A model generated the notes under the pieces. It was not told the DNA's origin, made no database searches, and saw nothing but the letters and a program-made list of their open reading frames with translations. A stretch of 64,000 bases of DNA, taken from NCBI GenBank assembly GCA_965199495.1, contig CBDASK010000003.1, forward strand, positions 2,720,001-2,784,000, in the 5' to 3' direction. Made by a program: the position numbers and the translations under genes. Below, piece by piece: positions 20,727 through 29,363 of this stretch. The DNA is from Abditibacterium sp. (lineage in GTDB: Bacteria > Armatimonadota > Abditibacteriia > Abditibacteriales > Abditibacteriaceae). Position 1 is the stretch's first letter; every line of letters begins with the position of its first letter.

Positions 20727-21872
20727 ATGAAGATTCCTTTTTGGGATGCGCTGCGGCCTTACAACGAACTGCCGCGTTTGCCGCCGCCCGATGAAATAGA
20801 GAGCAAAGCCGTATTGCGGCGCTGCATTGCGGCGCGCGCGGCGCTGGGCGAACTGAAACAGGCGACGGAATTGATGCCCAATCAATCGATTTTGATCAAT
20901 TCGATTCCGCTACTGGAAGCCTAGACCAGTTCGGAAATCGAGAATATCGTGACCACGACCGACCGTTTGTTCCAGCAGGTCGGGCGCGGCGCAAACGATA
21001 GCGACCCCGCGACCAAAGAAGCGTTGCGTTATGGTCAGGCGTTAATGGACGGATTTGGATTGGTGAAAGACCTGCCGATTCATACAGCCACGGCGGAAGA
21101 GATTTGCACGCGCATTCGCGGCGTTTCGATGACGGTGCGGCGCGTGCCGGGCACAACAATTGGCAACGCCACGACGGGCGAAGTGATTTACACGCCGCCC
21201 GAAGGCGAGTCGTTATTGCGCGATTTGCTGGGGAACTGGGAAAAGTTTCTGCACGACGAAAAACAGACCGGCATTGACCTGCTCATTCGCATGGCGGTCG
21301 GCCATTATCAGTTCGAGGCGATTCATCCGTTTACCGATGGTAACGGGCGCACCGGACGCATTTTGAACTCGCTCTTTCTCATCGAAGAGGGATTGCTGAC
21401 CCTACCGATTTTATATTTGAGCCGTTATATCATTCGCAACAAAACCGATTATTATCGCTTGCTGTTGGCCGTCACCGCACAGGGCGACTGGGAGGCGTGG
21501 CTGCTGTTTGTCATCAACGGCGTCGAGGAAACCGCGCGCTGGACGACGGCCAAAATCGCCGCGATCCGCGAGCTTTCGTCGCACACGCGCAAAGTTGTCA
21601 AAAGCGCGGCGTCCGCCGTTTACTCGCACGAATTGGTCAACCTGATTTTCGAGCGACCCTACTGTCGCATCGGAGATTTGGAAACGGCGGGCATCGCCAA
21701 GCGACAGGCGGCGTCGCGCTATCTCAAGCAACTCGTCAATATCGGCGTTTTGTGGGAACAGCCGTTTGGCAAGGAAAAACTGTTTTTGCATCCGAAGTTC
21801 TTGGAATTGCTCACCCGCGAAACCAACGAGTGGACGCCTTATCCTATCGGTATCGTGCCCGGTTCGCCCTGA
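20727..21872 (+). pseudogene. Fic-family AMPylase (SoFic-like) interrupted by one in-frame TAG at 20922-20924
   Basis: [10 protein letters not shown]...IPLLEA*TSSEIENIVTT continues in frame; intact HPFTDGNGRTGR motif; C-terminal HTH. Confidence 0.85.
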
Positions 21873-21940
21873 GCAACAAATGTGACGCTTCATAACAGGC
21901 AATTTTCACCAGAATTCAACCACAGGTTGCGGACAAAAAC

Positions 21941-21979
21941 AAAACAGCCTGCTCGCGCATTGCGCGAGCAGGCTGTTTT
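21941..21979. terminator. Bidirectional terminator between fic and tRNA-Glu
   Basis: AAAACAGCCTGCTCGCGCA / TGCGCGAGCAGGCTGTTTT. Confidence 0.8.
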
Positions 21980-21984
21980 AGGAT

Positions 21985-22058
21985 TACCCCGTAGGGGATT
22001 CGAACCCCTGATTTCTACCGTGAGAGGGTAGCGTCCTGGGCCGCTAGACCAACGGGGC
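21985..22058 (-). tRNA. tRNA-Glu (CTC), CCA not encoded
   Basis: Acceptor GCCCCGT/ACGGGGT, anticodon arm CTACC-CTCTCAC-GGTAG, T-loop GGTTCGAATCC. Confidence 0.95.
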
Positions 22059-22129
22059 GGCTTCATTCTTCGATAAGAACAAGAAAAAATTATACTGCCT
22101 CGCGCCAGTTTTAGCAACCCCTAATTTTT

Positions 22130-22972
22130 ATGTCTTTCCCTCTCTGGATCGCCGATGCCTTCGTCGGCCAACTCAAAAACCGTGTTTTGCGCGGCAACCC
22201 GGCGGCTGTTATGATTCTCGACGAATTTCGCTCGGACAATTGGCACCAAGACGTGGCCGCCGAATTGAATTTGTCCGAAACCGCGTTTTTAGTTCAGCGC
22301 GCCGATAAAGATAAAAATTGGGATTTGCGTTGGTTTACCCCGACAACCGAAGTGGATTTGTGCGGTCACGCCACGCTCGCCAGCGCGCACGTTTTGTGGC
22401 AAAGCGAACGCGCGCGCAACGACGAACTCAGATTTCACACGCGGAGCGGCGTTTTGGGCGCGCGGCGCGCTGGCGAACACATCGCGCTCGATTTTCCGGT
22501 TCAGCCGGTGAAAATGGTGACGACGACTTCGCCCGCTCTCGACGCTTTGATCGAAGCCGTCGGCCTACGCAGCCACGCCGACCCGGTCGTGGCTTATCGC
22601 GCCGCCGATGATTGGTTGCTCAAAGTCGCGAGCGGGCGCGTCGAAAGTCTGCAACCCAATTTCGCCCGCCTGCGCGAATTGGCGGCGCCGCTACAAATGC
22701 GTGGCGTCATCGTGACCGCGCGCGCGCCGCGCGGGGCGAATTACGATTTCGATTCGCGCTTTTTCGCGTCCGGCGTCGGCATTGACGAAGACCCCGTCAC
22801 CGGTTCGGCGCACACCAAATTGGCACCGTTGTGGGGCGCTTTGCTCAAAAAAGACGATTTAATTGCTGTTCAAATTTCGCCGCGCGGCGGCTGGTGGCAA
22901 CTCAAATTGCGCGAAAACCGCGTCGAAATCAGTGGGAAAACCGAAATTCGCGTGCAGGGCCAATGGTTGTAG
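22130..22972 (+). CDS. PhzF family isomerase
   Basis: DAF..GNPAAV, NLSETAF, LRWFTPTTEVDLCGHATLA, EDPVTGSAH. Confidence 0.9.
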   Translation: MSFPLWIADAFVGQLKNRVLRGNPAAVMILDEFRSDNWHQDVAAELNLSETAFLVQRADKDKNWDLRWFTPTTEVDLCGHATLASAHVLWQSERARNDELRFHTRSGVLGARRAGEHIALDFPVQPVKMVTTTSPALDALIEAVGLRSHADPVVAYRAADDWLLKVASGRVESLQPNFARLRELAAPLQMRGVIVTARAPRGANYDFDSRFFASGVGIDEDPVTGSAHTKLAPLWGALLKKDDLIAVQISPRGGWWQLKLRENRVEISGKTEIRVQGQWL

Positions 22973-23005
22973 TTGCGGTTTGTTTTTGTTAAAATAGAGA
23001 GGTTC

Positions 23006-23078
23006 GCGTCTGTAGTTCAGTGGATAGAACGCTGGCCTCCGAAGCCAGAAGTCGCTGGTTCGATCCCAGCCAGACGCA
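23006..23078 (+). tRNA. tRNA-Arg (CCG), CCA not encoded
   Basis: Acceptor GCGTCTG/CAGACGC, anticodon arm CTGGC-CTCCGAA-GCCAG, GGTTCGATCC; upstream TGnTAAAAT promoter element. Confidence 0.95.
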
Positions 23079-23082
23079 TGCG

Positions 23083-23159
23083 AAAGGATAAAGGCTGAAG
23101 GATTAAGGATAAAAAAGGTTTTCCCAATTTTATCCTTAATCCTTCAGCCTTTATCCTTT
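23083..23159. repeat. Hairpin of heptamer repeats between the two tRNA-Arg genes
   Basis: AAGGATA-AAGGCTG-AAGGATT-AAGGATA followed by its reverse complement. Confidence 0.85.
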
Positions 23160-23164
23160 TTTCC

Positions 23165-23236
23165 GCCTCCGTAGCTCAATGGATAGAGCAGACCTCTCCT
23201 AAGGGTAAGATCGGGGTTCGATTCCCTGTGGGGGCA
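23165..23236 (+). tRNA. tRNA-Arg (CCT), CCA not encoded
   Basis: Acceptor GCCTCCG/TGGGGGC, D-arm GCTC/GAGC, loop CTCCTAA, GGTTCGATTCC; several G-U pairs and one anticodon-stem mismatch. Confidence 0.85.
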
Positions 23237-23296
23237 AACTTTCGGCGAACGCTGTTCAAGGCGTTCGCATTTTTTTCGTCTCTCGCCTTCTGAATT

Positions 23297-23782
23297 ATGA
23301 ACGCTTCCGACGATATTCATTGGATGCGCATCGCGCTCGAAGCCGCGCAACTCTGCTCACGTTCTGCTGGAGATTCTTCGCTGCCCGACGATGTGCCCGT
23401 CGGCGCGATTTGCGTTTTAAACGGTGCAGTCGTTGGCCGTGGCTGCAATCAGCGTCAACTCTTAAACGACCCGACGGCGCACGCCGAAACTATCGCTTTG
23501 CGCGAAGCCGCGCGCGCGCTCGGCACCTCGCATTTGAACGATGTCACGCTTTACGTCACGCTCGAACCGTGCGCGATGTGCGCGGGCGCGCTGTGGCTTG
23601 CGCGCGCGCGGCGCGTGGTTTTTGGCGCGTGGGATGACAAAGCCGGAGCGTGCGGCAGCGTTTTCGATGTGGCGCGCGACCCGCGTTTGAACCATATTTT
23701 GCAAGTGCGCGGCGGCGTTCTGGAAAGCGAATGCGCGCTTTTGCTACGCGAATTCTTTGAAAGTCGCCGCCAAAAAAACTGA
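23297..23782 (+). CDS. tadA: tRNA adenosine deaminase TadA
   Basis: DVPVGA, NDPTAHAE, LYVTLEPCAMCAGA, FGAWDDKAGACGS, LNH. Confidence 0.9.
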   Translation: MNASDDIHWMRIALEAAQLCSRSAGDSSLPDDVPVGAICVLNGAVVGRGCNQRQLLNDPTAHAETIALREAARALGTSHLNDVTLYVTLEPCAMCAGALWLARARRVVFGAWDDKAGACGSVFDVARDPRLNHILQVRGGVLESECALLLREFFESRRQKN

Positions 23783-23834
23783 AAATCAGGGTAACGCGGC
23801 GCAGTTATTGATAACTCGCTGCGCCAAATTTATT

Positions 23835-25820
23835 ATGAATCCGCTTCGTTTTCGTCAGGTTCACCTCGACTTTCATACTTCCGAGAAAATTCCCGGCATC
23901 GGCGCTCACTTTTCCAAAACTCAGTTTCAGGAAATGCTCAAGCGCGGCCACGTCAATTCGGTCACGCTCTTCGCCAAATGCCATCACGGCTTGAGTTATC
24001 ACGATACCAAAATTGGTCTGCGCCATCCGGGTTTAGATTACGAATTATTGCCGCGCCAAATCGAGGCGTGCCGCGAAATTGATGTCAAATGCCCAATTTA
24101 CATTTCGGCGGGTTTGGACGAATACGCCGCCACCAAAAATCCCGCATGGATCACGGTCGCGCGCGATGGCCAGCCATCGAATCCGCTCCAGGCGCGCTGG
24201 AAAGAGTTGGGATTCGACACGCCTTACCTGAGTTATTTGTGCGAGCAAATCGAGGAGGTCGTGGACAATTACGACGCCACAGACGGGATTTTTCTCGATA
24301 TTATTCGCGCCAAAGACAACTTTTCGCCGCTCGGTTTGTTGGCGATGACCGGAAACGACGTTGACCCGTTGGACGAGGAAGCCGTGCGCGCCTGGAACTG
24401 GCGGATTTTACAGGATTATTACGCGCGCTCGACTAAAGCCAGCAAAAAGGGCGACGAAAATCGCCGCGTTTTTCATAATTCCGGCCATATTCCCAAGGGC
24501 AACGCCGACATTGTCCAATGGCAGTCGCACTTGGAATTGGAGAGTTTGCCGACGGGCGGTTGGGGCTACGATCATTTTCCGTTGTCGGCCAAATACGCGC
24601 GCACTTTGCCCCACGAAGTGTTGGGCATGACCGGCAAATTTCACACGACGTGGGGCGAGTTTGGCGGGTTTAAACGCGCCAATGCGCTCAAATATGAGTG
24701 CGCGGCGATGCTGGCGTTTGGCACCAAATGTTCGATTGGCGACCAACTGCATCCGAGCGGTTCGATGAACGCCGACACCTACGATTTGATCGGCGCGGCT
24801 TACAGCCACGTCGAGGCGCGCGAGCAATGGTGCGAGGGCGCCTCGACGTTATCGGACATCGCGCTCGTTTCGCCCGAAGCCGCGATGGGCGGCAGTTTGA
24901 ACCATTATTCTTATGATGCCCGCAGCGAACAGGGCGCCTCGCGGATGCTGTTGGAATTGCACGCCAGCTTCGATGTGGTTGATCTCGACCGCGATTTGAG
25001 CGGCTACAAAGTCGTAATTCTGCCCGACACGGTTGTTTTAGAGGGCGAATTTAAAACGAAAATCGAGGATTATCTTCAAAACGGTGGCAAATTATTGCTG
25101 TCGGGCGCCAGTGGTTTGACGCCCGACCAGTCCGAGTTCGCGCTCGACATCGGCCTGAAATTGGTTGGCAAAAGAGAGTTCGATCCCGATTACATCGTGC
25201 CGACGGACGCGATGCCAACGCCGCCGGTGCGCGGGCCGTTCGTGATTCATGGCGGTGCCAAAAACGTCGAAGCGAGCGCGAATTGGGAAGTTTTGGCGAC
25301 GCGACGCGATCCGTATTTCAATCGCGCGTGGAACCATTTTTGTTCGCACCAACATACGCCCGACGAAAAAGACAGTGCGTTCGCGGCGGCGCTTTCTAAC
25401 GGACAAATCGTCTATTTCGCGCACTCGATTTTTACCTGTTATCGCCAGTTGGGCCAGATGCTCTATCGCGATTTGGTAAAAGACGCGCTCAACATTTTGC
25501 TGCCGCGACCCAGTTTGCGGACGAATTTGCCTTCGACGGCGCGCGTGGCTTTGACCGAGCAAGCGCAACAAAATCGCGCGGTTTTGCATCTATTGTTCGC
25601 GATTCCGGTCAAGCGCGGCGATGACATCGAAGTGATTGACGAACTGTTTCCGCTCGCGGATATCGAGTGCGAAGTGCGTTTGGATAAACCGGTAAAGCAG
25701 GTCAAACTTGTGCCCGAAAACCGGCAACTCTCCTTTGAAACTGGCGATGGCGTCACCAGTTTTACAGTGCCCGAACTGTTGTGTCATCAAATGATCGAGT
25801 TGAGTTACCAAGAAAGATGA
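23835..25820 (+). CDS. Putative glycoside hydrolase (GHL6-like) with beta-galactosidase trimerisation-like domain
   Basis: RQVHLDFHTSE, TLFAKCHHG, ELESLPTGGWGYDHF, MTGKFHTTWGEFGG, GDQLHP. Confidence 0.8.
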   Translation: MNPLRFRQVHLDFHTSEKIPGIGAHFSKTQFQEMLKRGHVNSVTLFAKCHHGLSYHDTKIGLRHPGLDYELLPRQIEACREIDVKCPIYISAGLDEYAATKNPAWITVARDGQPSNPLQARWKELGFDTPYLSYLCEQIEEVVDNYDATDGIFLDIIRAKDNFSPLGLLAMTGNDVDPLDEEAVRAWNWRILQDYYARSTKASKKGDENRRVFHNSGHIPKGNADIVQWQSHLELESLPTGGWGYDHFPLSAKYARTLPHEVLGMTGKFHTTWGEFGGFKRANALKYECAAMLAFGTKCSIGDQLHPSGSMNADTYDLIGAAYSHVEAREQWCEGASTLSDIALVSPEAAMGGSLNHYSYDARSEQGASRMLLELHASFDVVDLDRDLSGYKVVILPDTVVLEGEFKTKIEDYLQNGGKLLLSGASGLTPDQSEFALDIGLKLVGKREFDPDYIVPTDAMPTPPVRGPFVIHGGAKNVEASANWEVLATRRDPYFNRAWNHFCSHQHTPDEKDSAFAAALSNGQIVYFAHSIFTCYRQLGQMLYRDLVKDALNILLPRPSLRTNLPSTARVALTEQAQQNRAVLHLLFAIPVKRGDDIEVIDELFPLADIECEVRLDKPVKQVKLVPENRQLSFETGDGVTSFTVPELLCHQMIELSYQER

Positions 25821-25904
25821 AGCGATTTTCAGCATTTATGCTTCTCTCGGACGTTCCGGCTGGAACATCTCTGCGAAAGCGCTGAAAATCGGCGTAGGTT
25901 GAGG

Positions 25905-25937
25905 AAAAGCCATGATGCGTTGCGTCGTGGCTTTTTT
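25905..25937 (+). terminator. Intrinsic terminator
   Basis: AAAAGCCATGATGC / GCGTCGTGGCTTTTTT. Confidence 0.65.
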
Positions 25938-26076
25938 CGTTCTCGTGGATTTTGTTTTTGGTGTGTTTCTACGTTACTCCTTCGCCGAGGGCGGGTGAGG
26001 GAGTAACGTAATGGCGCTCAAATAAACAAAACCACAAGCGAACTTTTCGCCCCCGTTGCATCGTTGACTCATTCAA

Positions 26077-26655
26077 ATGCCCCCGATTTCCCTGCTGGCG
26101 CCATTACATTCGTCGCGATTGCAAATGGACGCGCCCGCCGAACTCTTGCAACGCGCCCGCGCGGGCGAACGCGACGCCATCGCGGTGTTATACGGGCGCT
26201 TTCGCGACCGCATGATCGCGCTGGCGTTTGGCATCGTGCGCGACCGCGCCGAGGCCGAAGATTGCGCGCAAGAAATTTTGCTGCGCGCCTTCAATAAAAT
26301 GCCGGTTTTGAACAGCGAATCCGAGTTCGCCGCGTGGCTCTACCGTCTGGCGATTAATCATTGTCTGGATCGCAAACGCAAATTAGACCGCCGCCAAAAC
26401 ATCAGCCACGGCGCGCCGCAACCGCAACATCAACCGAGTTTTGATGCGCAAATCGAAACCCGATTGGCGCTCGAACGCGTTTTGGACGAACTCTCCGAAA
26501 CCGCGCGATTAACGCTGATGCTGCGCGAATGGCATGAACTGGATTACGAAGAAATCGCGCAGATTACCAATGTGCCCGTCGGCACGGTGAAATCGCGATT
26601 GAACCAAGCGCGTCGCGAATTTCGGCGCATCTGGGAGGCGCACAATGCCGGATGA
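26077..26655 (+). CDS. ECF sigma factor (start may be 26125)
   Basis: AEDCAQE, F.AWLYRLAINHCLD, YEEIAQITNVPVGTVKSRLNQAR. Confidence 0.9.
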   Translation: MPPISLLAPLHSSRLQMDAPAELLQRARAGERDAIAVLYGRFRDRMIALAFGIVRDRAEAEDCAQEILLRAFNKMPVLNSESEFAAWLYRLAINHCLDRKRKLDRRQNISHGAPQPQHQPSFDAQIETRLALERVLDELSETARLTLMLREWHELDYEEIAQITNVPVGTVKSRLNQARREFRRIWEAHNAG

Positions 26656-27106
26656 AAACCATCCCGAAGAATTCCCGCCCGCAATTCGCGCGGCGTTTGA
26701 CAATTATCCGCGACCGATTGGCGACGCGCAGTTCGACGCTAAATTCTGGCGCGAACTCGATGCGCGCCAGAATCGTTATCGCGGAATGACCGGCGTTTTG
26801 CGTCGCTTAATCGAAGTCGAAATCGAGGGCATCGCCGTGTGGCGCTTGGGCGTGGCTCTGTTTAGCATGCCGATAGTCTGTGCCATTGGCGTGGCGCTGT
26901 TGAATCTGAGTTCGTCGCCGATTACGCCGACGCAAAGCGCACCACTCGTCGCGCAAACGCCGCTCGATCCGTTTTCGTCGCCGCGTCTGGCGCGCGAATT
27001 TTGGGACGAACGCGATTATGAATATCGCGCGCCCGCAGTGCAATCGGAAGGGCTACAAAACAAGGAGGAAATTTCATGCGTTTCATTCGCTCACGATTTG
27101 GCATAG
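26645..27106 (+). CDS. Putative single-TM anti-sigma factor
   Basis: Overlaps the sigma stop, GGAGG upstream, central TM helix. Confidence 0.6.
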   Translation: MPDENHPEEFPPAIRAAFDNYPRPIGDAQFDAKFWRELDARQNRYRGMTGVLRRLIEVEIEGIAVWRLGVALFSMPIVCAIGVALLNLSSSPITPTQSAPLVAQTPLDPFSSPRLAREFWDERDYEYRAPAVQSEGLQNKEEISCVSFAHDLA

Positions 27107-29313
27107 TGTTGTGGTGCGCGATTGCGCTTTTAATTTTGACGATTCCGCTATGGCGTTTGCGCGTGGTGCGGCAATGGAATTTCGCTTCGGTGCAAAAGGC
27201 GCTGGAGCCGGATTATAACTCGTCCCCGATTTTAGTCGCGGGTCAACCTGAACCCGAACCGACGCCGGTTCCATTGCCTTACGGATTTTCGCAGGACGAT
27301 AATGCGGCGGCAGTGCGGCGATTTCCCGCTGAACCCATCGCGCAATTAACGCGTTTCGATGTTCTCAAGCTGAATGTTCAAGTGAGATCGCTGAATAATG
27401 GACTTTACCAAAATTACCCTGACGCCAAAAGTTTGGCGCAGGCCAAAGCGCGGTTGCAGAAATCTCAGCCGCGCATTTGGAAAACGACCGACGCTTATTT
27501 CGATCAATACGACGCGTTGGAGCGCCAATTTCCCAATTCCCTGTTGGTGCGCGCCCAACATCTGCGCGACGTGACGATGCTGACTTATGTGTCCGATCCG
27601 GGCACAGAAAAACTCATCTTCCCGGCGAATACTCTGGTTCTCAAGTTCGATTCGCCCGCTTCCAATCGGGCGCTCGAAGAGGCGATACGAGTGGCGCGTG
27701 AGGGCGCGCGTTTGCAGCCCGACAACGCCTTTTTTCCCTGGATGGAAGCCATTTTTCAGTTCGCGCTCGAACGCCCGGACGCGGCATTGCGCGCGCTCGA
27801 ATTGGCGGCCAAATGTTCGACTTTCGACGATTACACGTTTCGCAGTTTGGACGAGCGCACACGAATGCTGCGTCGTTTGCGCACGACGGGTTGGGAAGAC
27901 GAACTGACCGAATGGGCGCACACGATTTTTCCGCATTACTCGCTGATGCGCGGTGTGGCGCGCGCGGCGAGTTGGCAGATGCAGTTGGCGCGCAAACGCA
28001 ACGATAAACCCGCCGCCTTTCGCTGGGCCGCAGCCACGGCGCGCGCGGCTTATCCGGTCGCGCTCAACCAACGCGACAGCGTGATTTGCGCTTTGGTAGG
28101 ACAAGCGATTTGTCACCTCACCTGGAGTGCCGCCGTGCAGGGTGAGCCGGACGCGCCCAAAAAGCCCGCGCAAAATACGCCGCCGGAGCAGCGAGAACAA
28201 GATTACCGGCAGTTCTACGCGGACAACGCCGCCGTCTTTGCGCGCCTCGCGCGCGAAAACGGCGACGACGCGCTGGCGCAGCAGACGCTCGACGTGGCTG
28301 CAGCTCCGGGCGGGCGCGAATTTTCGCGCTATTCGGAATCTGATGCAACCGGCCAAATGGCGCATTTTCTCTGGTTATCGGGTTTCTACTGGGTCGGCGC
28401 GCAACTGCTGCGCCTCGCGTTGGCGGGCGCGCTACTCTGGGGCGCGTGTTGTTTTTTCACGCGACGCACGCCAACAATTGCCGCGACACGCGCCCGAATG
28501 CTGTTGCCCGCGATGTTTTGCGTGGGCATCACGGGCGCCATTTTGGTGGGCGCATTCCGTGTTTCGCCAAGCCTTTATAGCCTAATTTTTGGAGGCGTGA
28601 ATCCACAAGATTCCGAGATTTCTTGGACGGTTACCATTTTGCGCGATGATTTCTTTTGGATTATCGCTTCTTTGTGGCTCTTGCTCATCCTTGGAAGCGC
28701 GCTTTATGATACTTTGCGCGCACATTTCGCGCGTCAGGCGCGCCCGAAACCAAGCGTTAAAAGCGCGCGTTGGTTCGTGTTCGCTGCGATAGTAATAGCC
28801 GCCGCAATTTGGGCCACGCATTTTTTTCTTGCGGCTTCCAACGACGTTTACCTTTACGGTTCGCTGTTAATTTTGGGCGCGCTTTGCCTGACAATCAGCG
28901 TGCAAAGTCTGCGCAAAACAGCGGGACTGAAACGAGTGTTTGCCGCGTGTCTAATCGGCGCGTTTTGGTCGGGTGTTACGCCGTTGATCTTGCAGACGCT
29001 CAACTTGGACGAGACAAATGCGTGGGGTTCTCTATTGTGGATGCCCGTCGCACCCGCCTTCGCCGTGGCTGCGTTGTTGGCGGCGGCAGTAATGGTCGTG
29101 CGCAACTTCGGTTCGATCCAAAAATTCGACTTCCAACTCGCCGCCCGCACCCGCATCGCCGCCGGAGTATTGGCGCTGTTATGCGCCGTCGCTTATTTCG
29201 GCATTACGCTGTGGACGATTCCCGTCGAAGCGAAAACGCGTTCGATGATGCAAAGGCAATTGCAAATCGGCGAAGTGGCGTGGTTGCGCGAACAAATCGG
29301 CGCGCGTAAGTGA
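27076..29313 (+). CDS. Large membrane protein with helical extracytoplasmic region and multi-TM C-terminus
   Basis: AAGGAGG Shine-Dalgarno; TPR-like PDNAFFPWMEA segment; many C-terminal hydrophobic helices. Confidence 0.65.
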   Translation: MRFIRSRFGIVLWCAIALLILTIPLWRLRVVRQWNFASVQKALEPDYNSSPILVAGQPEPEPTPVPLPYGFSQDDNAAAVRRFPAEPIAQLTRFDVLKLNVQVRSLNNGLYQNYPDAKSLAQAKARLQKSQPRIWKTTDAYFDQYDALERQFPNSLLVRAQHLRDVTMLTYVSDPGTEKLIFPANTLVLKFDSPASNRALEEAIRVAREGARLQPDNAFFPWMEAIFQFALERPDAALRALELAAKCSTFDDYTFRSLDERTRMLRRLRTTGWEDELTEWAHTIFPHYSLMRGVARAASWQMQLARKRNDKPAAFRWAAATARAAYPVALNQRDSVICALVGQAICHLTWSAAVQGEPDAPKKPAQNTPPEQREQDYRQFYADNAAVFARLARENGDDALAQQTLDVAAAPGGREFSRYSESDATGQMAHFLWLSGFYWVGAQLLRLALAGALLWGACCFFTRRTPTIAATRARMLLPAMFCVGITGAILVGAFRVSPSLYSLIFGGVNPQDSEISWTVTILRDDFFWIIASLWLLLILGSALYDTLRAHFARQARPKPSVKSARWFVFAAIVIAAAIWATHFFLAASNDVYLYGSLLILGALCLTISVQSLRKTAGLKRVFAACLIGAFWSGVTPLILQTLNLDETNAWGSLLWMPVAPAFAVAALLAAAVMVVRNFGSIQKFDFQLAARTRIAAGVLALLCAVAYFGITLWTIPVEAKTRSMMQRQLQIGEVAWLREQIGARK

Positions 29314-29363
29314 CGAAGTCTCGCGCGGGGCAACGTCGCGCGCGCCAAAACTTCTAACTCTCC

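Noticed and set aside
20922..20924. Programmed amber recoding (pyrrolysine or alternative code) in fic
   Set aside because: TAG ends other genes normally (8864, 22972, 57174) and no pyl genes are in the window.
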